A stretch of DNA of 64,000 nucleotides. It comes from Saccostrea cucullata. Taxonomy: Eukaryota. The first letter of the stretch is position 1, and each line of letters starts with the position of its first letter. The translations under genes were made by a program, and so were the position numbers. This document shows positions 26,415 through 37,900 of this stretch, in pieces. The stretch covers positions 1 through 64,000 of the forward strand of contig NW_026919734.1 in NCBI RefSeq assembly GCF_032062105.1. Direction: 5' to 3'. The notes beneath the pieces were generated by a model. That model saw only the letters and a program-made list of their open reading frames with translations, was not told the origin of the DNA and did no database searches.

Positions 26415-26920
26415 TTTTTTTTCTTTGGGGGGAGACTAAACATCATTTCACAGGTTTAGAAAAGAAGATAATTCTTCGATTTTTTCACTATAGACTTAGA
26501 AAATGAAATTGACTTGCAAAGATTACTTAATACATGTGCTTCAATAAAACATTAGATATGAACTAATTATAGAAAAATATACAAAGCCATGTAAATTTTG
26601 CGAAGAAAAGTAAAATGGTGAAAAATCAGATTTACCATTTTGCTTTTCCCAATAAAATTCACCTGACTTGGTGTATTTTTATTAAAGTTCATATTACACT
26701 TTTGGCACCAAGCTAGCATATTCTGAAATTTGTTTTCATCTGTAAACCTCTACTGAGTGTGATTTGTCCATATTTGTAATTTTACTGAAATATTAAATAA
26801 TATTTTCTGTTTCATTTTCAAAGTCTAAGTTTAAAATACGAGTATTCAAAGAATTATCTACTTTTCTAAACCTTTGAGATGATATAGAGTCTCCCCCCCC
26901 CCCAAAAAAAAAAAAAAATT
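26415..26920. repeat. ~500-bp imperfect fold-back (MITE-like) in the PHM/precursor intergenic region
   Basis: Arms GGGGGAGACT...GGTTTAGAAAAGAAGATAATTCTT...AGACTTAGAAAATGAAA versus TTTCATTTTCAAAGTCT...AAGAATTATCTACTTTTCTAAACC...AGTCTCCCCC, with an inner palindrome centred near 26625. Confidence 0.65.
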
Positions 26921-27288
26921 GTATCATCTGTCCTTAAATATTGCCTAGACATCATTAATTAAGTAATATTACCAGATGAACTTGTTGTAGAAGAAACAAG
27001 GAATTTAATGAAAGAGAGAAAAAAATAATTATTTGCTTATCTGCATAGGTTTCCGAAGTGTTGTAAGGAATATTTTAGCTTGTCAATGAGCGGAAAAAAT
27101 TGAACAACCGTAATAAGCTGAAACAGCCAAATATAAAAGAACCTGTTTAATTTCATAGATATAATTAATGAACAGTTTTGTAAACTTATCTTAAGTGTTA
27201 ACAAAAAATGTATTCCTTAATCATTTAAAACATGCAAAGAAAAATATTTTATTTCCTAGACCAAGTTCATTTGTTGTACCAGATGCAT

Positions 27289-27586
27289 ACTGTAAACAAG
27301 GTTATCTTCGCCTAACTTTATTTTTGCCCTTTCAAAACGTACTGTTCTCTACAAAAATTTGAATTTTTCAATTAAAATTTGTATATGACAATTTTGTCAT
27401 ATGCAAATTTTAATTAAAAAATTCAAATTTTTGTAGAGGACAGTACTAACAATTTTGCCCCGTTTGAAGTTTGCCCAGTCACAGTTCTGTATAAGAAATT
27501 ATACAGTGTTCTTTAAATAAACCACGTTTTAAAATCGTCCTCTTGTGACGTGGGCGAAAGTGACGAAAATGTCACTGTATACAGTA
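27289..27586. mobile_element. TA-flanked MITE (TACTGTA...TACAGTA) containing a nested 106-bp palindrome at 27340-27445
   Basis: Outer termini TACTGTAAACA / TGTATACAGTA with TTCGCC/GGCGAA subterminal motifs. Inner near-perfect hairpin TACTGTTCTCTACAAAAATTTGAATT...AATTCAAATTTTTGTAGAGGACAGTA. Confidence 0.65.
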
Positions 27587-27913
27587 CACAAATGATGCTC
27601 ATTATGAATTACACTAAAACAATTGTATAATCTAAATAAAATCTACATAAAATTAAACTTAGCAGAATATTTTTATTTTAATAAACATTTTAAAAGTGAA
27701 TATTATTTCTATAAACATCTACATGTTTACATTTTAAGAACCCTGAAATTAAAAGTACAGATGGACTCTTTATCTGACCTTTCTGTTTTTGCTCTCCATT
27801 CCTAAAAGTACAGAAATGTAGACACGCAGATCTACGCCTTTCCTTATTAGATAAACATCAGAATGATTAAAATGACGCCATCGCAACTGGTGGTTCTCAA
27901 AACAAATATATAG

Positions 27914-27921
27914 TATATAAA
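27914..27921 (+). promoter_or_regulatory. TATA box of the repeat-peptide precursor gene
   Basis: TATATAAA about 65 nt upstream of ATG 27986. A CRE-like TGACGCCA lies at 27873-27880. Confidence 0.5.
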
Positions 27922-27985
27922 TGATGCAGTATTAGGAGATATTCAAACATTGTCTCTTTACATGTATACTTACTACACTGTCAAA

Positions 27986-30900
27986 ATGATGTCTACTTTG
28001 ATTGCTGTTCTTGTTCTTATTTCTTGCTCCCAAAGTGTGCATTCTTTAGAGTGTTTTGAAATTATATGAAATTTTTATTTTTTGAATTTCAATTTGTTTT
28101 CTGTCAATGTTTTATTTAACGCTGTTTATAACATGTAACTTAAAATGCAACATGAACATTTTATATTATGAATCCGATTAATATCAAATTATTTTTAGAC
28201 TTTGAAAAGATAATGTTTAGTGGTATTGGTTGCTTCTATCAGACTTTCCGGATAACATTCATTTCTTTTATTCAGGTGCAGTTTTGAGAGGAATTGATTC
28301 ATTTTCAGACGAAAATGTTGATGTAATTTCACCAGCAGGTAAGAAAATCCATTGAATGATTTTAAAAGAAAGACATCTCACTGAATTTTAGGAGATTTCT
28401 TAACTAAAATGATATACTTATTCTCAGGTGAGAAAAGAGGGTTGAATTCTTTTTCGGATGAAAATGTTGATGTAGCTTCGCCTCTGGGTAAGTATATTCA
28501 TTAGTGTTTTATAATGTTTAATTGAAAAGATGTTGTATACCTGTAGAAAACCTTAATTATGCTTATCAATTCATGGTTCATAGTCTCTGTGTTCATTAAA
28601 TTTTGTTTTACAGCTTCTTCTATTTTTTGAGGAAAAGAACTGAATTTTAAAAGTAAACTGTATACATTTTTATAGCATATCATGCGGAGTGAAAGTAGAA
28701 AACATGACATTTCACCTTGACAAGTTTAATTTATTAAGGATGCTACACATTTTCCTTATTAAGAGTTATGTTACTTTTATTAGATTATCGCATAACCGTA
28801 TATATTATCTATTTTTAGGCGTGAAAAGGGGGGTGAATTCTTTTTCTGATGAAAATATTGATGTAGCTTCATCTTTTGGTAAGAATGCATTCCTTTAAAT
28901 GCGTTTGTTAGAATTTTGAATTCTAACTACAAATTATTAGCGTAGCATATCTTATATCTTATAAACTCTTTAATATACATATTTTAAGAAGTAAAAAGAG
29001 GATTGAATACTTTTTCGGATGAGAACGTAGAATAGCTTCATCTGTTGCTAAGAAAAAAATCTTTTTTTTTGCTTATTTGCAAATATTCGTATTTCAACTT
29101 ATAAATTAAGAGCGGAACATACTTTTTTTTAAATAACTGTAAATCAGTTTTATTGAATAAATTTTATTATGTGTAGATACATGTACACGTAATATAGAAT
29201 CATTTCGTTAAGTTTGATTGGCTAATAATTTGACAAATAACAAATATGGGTATCGCCACTTAAAATAAGTTATTGCAAAAATAAAATGATCAGCATTGTT
29301 AAAAATATATATTTTTTTTCAGTGAAAAGGGGAGTCAACTCTTTTTCGGATGAAAATGTGGACTTAGTTTCACAAGTTGGTAAGTAAACATATAAATATT
29401 TAGAAAATGCACAACTTATTATTCATTATTAAGGGATGCCTTAATAAAATTTGATATATTTGTGGGGTTGAAAAGGGGAATGAACTCTTTTTCGGATAAA
29501 AATGTTGATGTGGTTTCATCAGTGGGTAAGAAAAAAAAAAAGATATTTATATTTGCAAGAATCTGGATTTCTAATAGCAACAAGTACTTTTTTTTATAAT
29601 TGTAAAACACTTTTATGCTGGAGAACTTTATTTATTCGTATTTACGGGAGACAGTCTTTCATTTTTGTTCAAACTTCTATTCATGATAATGTAGAGTACT
29701 AAGTATAAACAGTGAAAATGTTGACTGCATTTTAAACCCCAAAAATTTATCTCGCAATTTAAAGGGATCGCAATAATAAACGATCTAATTTGCTTAAGAT
29801 AATGTTGTTCTTTTCATCAAAAAGAGTATCAGCTTGGGTGTAATTTGATGTAGTTTATTCATTACAAACAGTCTCCGTCAAGGATCTTTCCTTTTCACAA
29901 TTAATTAAGTGTTTTTTCGGATGAGAATATAGATGTAGTTTCACAAACGAAAGTTGGACTGGAAAAAATGAATGTCGAGGGATGTGTATATAAGAATTCA
30001 AAGTTCAAAGTAAAAATTGAGGGGTATATGTTTTTTATATAATAATTGTAAATCGCGTTCATTCGCGAGAACTTTACATGTACTTTGACGTGAACCGCCT
30101 GCTTGCGAAAATTTGTTCTTTCGAAAAATTCTACTTCATATGAAAACTTAGTTTGTGAAATTTTGATAACAAATATCAATTTCACTAATAAAAATAATGT
30201 ATTGATCACAAAAATAAAATGATTATATTTCAAAACAATATAATTCTTTCAGTGAAAAGAGGACTGAATTCTTTTTCGGATGAAAATTTGGATGTAGCTT
30301 CATCAGCCGCTAAGAATAACAATGAATGTTTTTTGACAAAATATAGAGATAATGAAAAGTATTCAAACTCATAAGTTCATTAATACAACAATTATTAGGA
30401 GCAGGGCAAAAAAAAAAACGATCTTCTTAATCAAAAAGGTGGGATCAGGTGCCTTTATTGGTATCGATATTGTAAAACTATTAAATATTAGGATTTCACC
30501 TACCCGTTTAGAGTTCATTATCTCTAAGTTCACTTATACACTGTATAAAAATAATGATTTAAAGCTTTTGATTTTTTTTTGAAAAAAATATATATTAAAG
30601 GTAAATTGTGAACAATTCTTAACATAGCTTGCGGCATAAAACTGGAGAAACATGCCATTTCACATTGACAATTTTATAAAGGAATAAAACACATTTATTT
30701 AAGTTCTCTTCTGAATAACTTTCCACCCTAACACTGATATATTTTCAGGAGTGAAAAGAGGACTGAAATCTTTTTCGGATGAAAATGTTGATGTAGCATC
30801 ACATGCTGGTGAGAAATATTAAAAGTTTTTAAAATGAAGACATCTAAATGATTATAAGGGGATTCTTAACTTAAATTTAATATATATTTTATCAGGATTG

Positions 30901-33683
30901 AAAAGGGGAGTGAACTCTTTTTCTGATGAAAATGTCGATGTAGCCTCACCTCTTGGTAAGAAAGCCTTTGGCTGTATATGTTTGACTATGGAATTCTCAC
31001 TACAACTGAATAGCGGAGCATACTTTCTTTTTTTAAAAGTTATATTATTTACACTGTAAAATCTGCTATATTTTCAGGAGTTAAAAGGGGAGTGAATTCC
31101 TTTTCGGATGAAAATGTTGATATAGCTTCATCAGTTGGTAAGCAAAATGGAAGCTTGACTTTATTAAGAGTTATATCACTTTTATTAGATAATCGCATAA
31201 CCTTAAAAATTATCTATTTTTAGGCGTGAAAGGAGAAGTTAACTCTTTCTCTGATGAAAATATTGATGTAGCTTCATCTCTTGCTAAGAATGCATTCCTT
31301 CAAATGCGTATTTTATAATGTTGAATTCTAACCACATTTAATAGCGAAGCATATCTAGATCTTATGTTATGTATAACTGTAAATCAGTTTTATTGAATAA
31401 ATGTTATTAAATGCAGATATATAGAATCATTTCGTTAAGTTTGATTCGCTCAAAATTGTGATTAACAAATATGGATCTCGCCACTTAAAATAAGGTATTG
31501 CAAAAATAAAATGATCTACATTGTTAAAAATATATATCATTTCAGTGAAAAGGGGAGTGAACTCTTTTTCGGATGAAAATGTAGACCTAGTTTCACAAGT
31601 TGGTAAGTAAACATATAAATATTTAGATAATGCATACTTATTATTCATTATTAAAGGATGCCTTAATAAAATTCGATATATTTGTAGGGTTGAAAAGGGG
31701 ACTGAATTCTTTTTCGGATGAAAATGTTGATGTGGCTTCATCAGTGGGTAAGAAAAAAAAGATATTTAAATATGCAAGAATGTGGATTTCTTTAAAACAG
31801 TCTAATTCATGCGAATTTCTTTTTCATCTGCTCATTATATAAAAAAAGTTTAACGTATTAGGATGTGTACATGAATTCTTTTATTTTTTGAGTTCAAATT
31901 ACAAATACAGGAGCATATTTTAAAAAATGTTTCTCGAAATATTATTTCACAGTAAAAAGAGGACTGAATTCATTTTCGGATGAAAATGTTGATGTAGCAT
32001 CACATGCTGGTGAGTAATATTAAACGTTTTTAAAATGAAGACGTCTAAATGATTATAAGGGGATTCTTAACTTAAATTCAATATATATTTTATCAGGATT
32101 GAAAAGGGATGTGAACTCATTTTCTGATGGAAATATCGACGTAGCCTCACCTCTTGGTACGAAAGAATTTGGCTGTATATGTTTGACAAGATGGAATTCT
32201 CACTACAATTGAATAGCGGAGCATACTTTCTTTTGTTTTTTTTAAAAGTTATATTATTTACACTGTAAAATCTGCTATATTTTCAGGAGTTAAAAGGGGA
32301 GTGAATTCCTTTTCGGATGAAAATGTTGATATAGCTTCATCAGTTGGTAAGCAGAATAGAAGCTTGACTATGTGTTAGCAAGTATTAGGAATTCTTATAA
32401 TATATCATTAGCGTGGCATACTGTTTAAAGACATGAAACTTTAAAGTATTATTCGTTCAAATTTCATTTTAATATTTTTATCATCTACTCGCAGAAATTT
32501 CATTCCCGCTGAAATCTTCTATTATACAGAGCATAGAAAATAATTTTCGAAAAGTTTTTTTGGCTCAGAATTTAAATAATACCGGTAATTGTCGATCTTA
32601 CCACTTAAGATAAGGTATTGCAAAAATAATGTTTACTCTATTACTTAAAATATTTTTTTTCAGTGAAAAGGGGAGTGAACTCTTTTTCGGATGAAAATGT
32701 GGACGTAGTTTCATCTGTTGGTAAGACAAAAAGATGAATGTTTTGGAATGTGTACAATGAATGCTTTTATTTTTTTTTTTTTAGTTTAAATTACAAATTA
32801 ATACCGAAGAATATTTTGATGTTTTTTAAATACAATTTTACAGTGCAAAGAGGACTGAATTCTTTTTCGGATGAAAATGTTGATGTAGCATCACATGCTG
32901 GTGAGTAATATTGAAAGTTTTTAAAATGAAAACATCTAAATGATTATTAGGGGATTCTTTACTAAATTTTATATATATATTCAGGATTGAAAAGGGGAAT
33001 GAACTCTTTTTCTGATGAAAATATCGATGTAGCTTCCTCTGTTGGTAAATAAACCTATCATTACAAAATAAGTTTTGTAAATACCAAAACATTTATATCT
33101 CTTTTAATTTTGTTGGAGTAACACAAAGTTCAATTCCATTTCATTTTAAAATTACATTTTTTAATCAATGTTGACTTTAATAGGTGAGGAAAGAGGCCTG
33201 GAAACTTTTTCCAGATGAAAATATTATCGTAGTTTTCATAAATGTTTTTATTTCTATAGATAAGATAAAAATTGTAGCAAGAATTGAGTATGTAAATTTA
33301 CATTGTTAATGAAATTGGAGGAAAATTGTCAAAAAGTGTTTAAACATGCACTTTCTCTACTCCATAGGAGTGAGGAGAGGGGTGAACTCATTTTCAGATG
33401 AAAATGTGGATGTTGCTTCAAATATTTGTAAGTGTATATGATTTTTTTTCTGTGTGAAAATGTTTTTTAAGGAATCTTCATCAAGTTGATGACAGGTATC
33501 TTACTATTTAAGCCTAGTTTTGCTTAAGAACAAATAACTATTATCAATTAATACCTATTCTCGTTTCTATTTTGGTCTTGCTTTATATTGAAACAAGGAA
33601 GCTGTTAATACATTTAAAAAAGAACAAATATTGTGTATATTTGCAAATCATAATTATGAATTTATTTTTATTTTGTTTTAGAA
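27986..33683 (+). CDS. Secreted multi-copy peptide precursor (signal peptide + 16 acidic peptides separated by mostly KR sites, one per micro-exon), ~332 aa
   Basis: Exon 1 27986-28034 (MMSTLIAVLVLISCSQ, signal peptide; donor GTGTGC is weak). Intact phase-1/1 repeat exons: 28276-28338, 28428-28487, 28819-28878, 29323-29379, 30749-30808, 30896-30955, 31078-31137, 31546-31602, 31688-31747, 31953-32009, 32097-32156, 32287-32346, 32664-32720, 32844-32900, 32985-33044, 33368-33427. The stop codon is split T|AA into a last exon starting at 33682; AATAAA at 33762-33767. Each exon encodes (G)x-[KRQL]R-G[LVMI]NSFSDEN[VI]D[VIL][AVI]Sxx. Confidence 0.88.
28989..33240 (+). pseudogene. Dead copies of the peptide exon interspersed in the precursor gene
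   Basis: 28989-29047 (1-nt deletion, donor GT>CT); 29466-29525 (acceptor AG>GG); fragment ~29910-29946; 30253-30309 (donor GT>CT); 31224-31283 (KR>KG, donor GT>CT); 33184-~33240 (frameshift, no donor). Confidence 0.75.
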
Positions 33684-33761
33684 ATCTAGACAACATTCCA
33701 GTGAAAATGGAAACTTCTGATGATATATGTTTTAAGTATTTTTGCCACGAGCTGAACAAAC

Positions 33762-33767
33762 AATAAA
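33762..33767 (+). terminator. Polyadenylation signal of the peptide-precursor gene
   Basis: AATAAA about 80 nt after the split stop codon, within the terminal exon. Confidence 0.55.
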
Positions 33768-34965
33768 CATTTTTTTAATGAAATATATCTTCAGCGTTTG
33801 ATGAACATGTATATATATGATTTATTTCAATAAGCCATTGGGATCCACTGAGAGATAATGTATATAAAGTTCTAAATTATATAAAAAATATTTCTTAACT
33901 TTCCTAAAATCATTTATTAAAGAATATAATTATGACATCAAAAAGAAAAGACGAAAAAGGTATAGTTACTTAATATCATTATTTTTTTTAAAGATTAACT
34001 CCGTTTCCAAACTGCTTGAATTAAGTTGAAGTAATTTTATTCTGCTTTTACAAAATAATTGTAGTCACACAAATATTACTTGCTAACTTTGTCAGCAAAT
34101 ACAACCCATCAGTAAACTGAATGCTTGCTGACGTTTTCTATACGAATTGTTTGCCTATTATTTATAAACTAATTTACATGTACCTACGGATTGCTCCGTT
34201 TGCCCGATGATGACAAGAGGCATTCGGGGGGGGGGGGGGGGGGGGGCTTAATTCTTTGACATCGGGGGATGCCCACTTCTTTGACATCACCTGATCTGCT
34301 CTGGTCTATCTAACTTTGCATTATTTCCATGGACATTTGAACATGATAAATATTCACTTTCTCCATCTCATTTACTATTAGTGCTCTAGTAAAAAGTTAC
34401 TGCGCCAAACACAAAAACTGCATAACTTAACATCATGATACTAGTTTTTCCACATCGTTTTATCTCTTCCCTTCGGAACTTAAATGGCTTCATACATGTA
34501 AGACTGGGTTTAACTCAATATAGTTTGGATTATCGAATATTTAAACCTGCAAAGATCTTGGGATGAGTGTCTTATAATTATACTAATGAAGGGCCGTGCT
34601 AAAACATTAAGAAAGCACTGTAAATCAATAAAAAAAAAGATAAAGAACATTGTGACTTTAATTGTCATAGAAGTAAAGTTTAAAAATTTTATTTACTAAA
34701 ACTCTTAAAAGTATTCCTACATTATGTATGTAACGTTTATTAAAGTTACATGTTTTGGTATAAAGCATTCAAAATAAGAATAAATATTCTCAAAGCAAAA
34801 CAAGAACAGTCATGTAGAACGTAAGAAAGATTGGTCATTTCTAATGGTTATGTATTCACAGATTTACAAGTCATTTCATAAAGAACATAATCCATATGGA
34901 TCTATATATGTACATAGTTTCTCGTCCACAGTAGAATTGATACACTGTATTCACATCTGCATATT

Positions 34966-37900
34966 TCAGTCTTTCAGATATTGATCAATCTCCGATGGTA
35001 GACACATGAAAAGTTCAAACTAAAAAATAGACAAGGTAAAATTATTAAGGCTAGAACATTTAATATTTAAATTTTTATTATGTATAAATTTGGGAGAAAA
35101 AAGCTGCCAGAATTTATTCTTGTTAATATTAATGATATTATTGATTTTTTTTAAAATATAACATTAAAACGTTTTCACTTTCAAATAAGCTGCAAAGAAT
35201 TCCTAATCAAACTTACGTTATCAACATATCCGGTAAAATGCCCTAATTGACTTCCGGCTCCGATAACAATACCACTCTGTCTTTTAATAATGTGTCCTAA
35301 AAATAAACAAAGCATCCCAATAAATTAAAATCTCTGAATTGTTTGTATTATTTCATGACACACAGGGATTAGAAACGCCGATTTTTGTTGGATAAAGCAA
35401 ATTTTAAGACCCAGTCAAGCATGCTTTCTTGTATGATTTGGATTCCAAAAGTAGTCTGCAATATTGGGATATATGTTGAGTAGTATGACACAAATGTCCT
35501 TACCTGTAAGTCTAACATTAGCCCTCACGTTGTTAATAACTGCCACTGCATTCTCCCCATTGTAGATAAAGATTACCTTATTCATCACATTTTTCTGTAA
35601 TAATAAAGTTAAAATATTGCGAATGTTGTATTCTTTTCTATTGTTTTGTTTTATAGAGCATTTTTGGGTTTCAAAAGAAGCTGTAAAATAATCTTAATGA
35701 AAAAGTGATTTTAGATAGATAAAAGACATTTTATCAAACACTAACCCCGTTCACCTAGATTTTCATATATTTCAATTTGAAACAAAAACGTCTGGGTTAA
35801 AGTGGACAGATACTGCAATAACATACATAGTACGATTGACGAATAGTTAATAATCAACTATTACAAAAGCTTTCAGTATGTTGTCACTTTACCACATGCA
35901 GATCTTAGATCCGCCGATAAAAAAACAGAATCGCCCATAAATACAATAGATCCGCCCAAGAATACAATGATTTACCGTGTAAGGCACGATGAACTCTGCC
36001 TTGGCGTCAGAAGTCTCCAATCCAAAGATAACAGCGCTGATTTTCTTATCCACAATCATCGATATCGTGGCCTCTTCCTGGTACGAGAAGATACAATTGG
36101 TAACCAGTGCCTGCTGTTCAGCGCCACCTGGTAGTTCCTGGAACTCAAGCCTGATAACGAGGCTCTCCTGAAAATCAACGAATGCGAAGCGGTAGAGATT
36201 GATCATTCCAGATCCGTTGAATTTGGCCATTCTCAGAGCTGGGTCAATATCGACGTATTCGTACGTGACGGTGATGCCATTCGTGGAGGAGTCCGCAAAG
36301 GGTCTAGACGGGTCATCAAAAGTCATGATTACTTCCGGTTTACATTCTAAAAAGTTGAAGACAATTTTTACTACAATGTCCATGTAAATTTTTGTAAGAA
36401 GAAACTCTGTCGTTTGAACGTAAGATTTTAATTGTTTCTTATTTTTAATAATGTTTAATCTGAAATATTTAATACATGTCCATCATTTCACCTATGTTTT
36501 TTTAATTTAACAATTAAGTTTAAATTACTCACCATTAAGATTTGAGGAAGGCAGAATGGTGACCATCCTGGTGCAGCCGCAATCAGCGGCGACGAAAGCG
36601 GTTCCTAGCGGACAGCGCATAGAGATGTTTCCAGACGGCGCCATTTGTATAAATTTCTGTTCATCAGTAACATCAGGAAAGTTTGTGCAAACTGAAAAAC
36701 GAGAGTCTCATTGTTTTCAGGTACATCTTTTCATATATTAATTTTAGTTGATAATGATAAAGGCCCCCATCCTCCCGAAAAATCAACACAAACTGCAATG
36801 TTTATGTCTGATGATTCATTTAAGATAATCATTTATTTATTAGTCAATTATCGTTCAAATTTCTTTTCTCTGTGTTTTCAAACAGACGTTTGATGAATCT
36901 TGATATAAGTGATTTGTATGACCCATCTATATATAATTGTTATGCATGATTTGAACACTAAGTGGTAAATTTTTATGGCTATACTTGGCTTCCTTTAACT
37001 TTTTGTACCTTGCGTTTTATGCTACTAAATCATGTTATATGGGGACTTAATGGCTACTGTAATGGCGGAAATGTCATTATGTGTGCAGTTTTAGCATTAC
37101 ATCTGTCACAATTATCATAAACGATGCATGTCTTGGTGAAGATTCACTAATGTGTACTGTTCAACGAGATAGAAGACAAATTAATGTATATAACTCTACA
37201 TATACATGTATAAAAAATGTCGAGTCTTAAACTGACTGCCAGTGTAGTATACAAATTGATTAAAATTAGTATATATAAAATTAGAAACACTTCTTAACCG
37301 ATACTGTTGTTTGATATTGTGTTCATAAAATGTGTGCAGTAATTTCAATGTTAAGTATCATAAATTCACGAAATTGGTATTCTAATATTAGCGTCGCTCA
37401 TTATTCTAATTAATAATGAAAACCTTTGATTCTAGGAAACAGTCAATTAAATGATTTCTATATAATAAACAAAGAAAATAAAACGTTTAATTGCCTCTGA
37501 CAAAATACTTACCAACAGGGGCGACAATTCTGTTATCTTTTGGAGGACAATCTGACAAACAGGTTGGATCCGTGGTGCAGCCCACGCCCTGTACGTAAGC
37601 GTTATTGCCGGACGGACAACAGGAAGCCACCGCGGTTCCATTCAGACATACCCAGAATGCACTGCAGTGGTCCGCCATTGCTATAGTGCCAGCAATCTTC
37701 CCGATACAAGGACCTACAATTGAGAATTTTGATTAAATGACTCTGAAAATGAGTTTGAATATATACATGTATATTGCTTAAAAAAGCAAAGAAATTTCTT
37801 GGCATTTTAATGAGGAGCATAAGAAATAATTAAAAATTTATAAAGAAGTCTTTTTCTCATGGAATGAATTTTTGAGACTTGAAGAAGAGATATCGGTTCC

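Noticed and set aside
28276-33427. CRISPR-like array or plain satellite interpretation of the ~60-bp repeats with variable spacers
   Set aside because: The context is eukaryotic and has no cas genes. The repeats are bounded by AG/GT splice signals, keep a reading frame with synonymous variation, and the 'spacers' are introns of 80-1400 nt that are themselves duplicated.
28428-33427. Canonical amidated neuropeptides (G-KR signal) as ordinary PHM substrates
   Set aside because: After splicing the junction is G-[V/L/E]-KR or V-KR, never G-KR. The apparent '...GK' in the genomic read-through is the GTAAG donor site.
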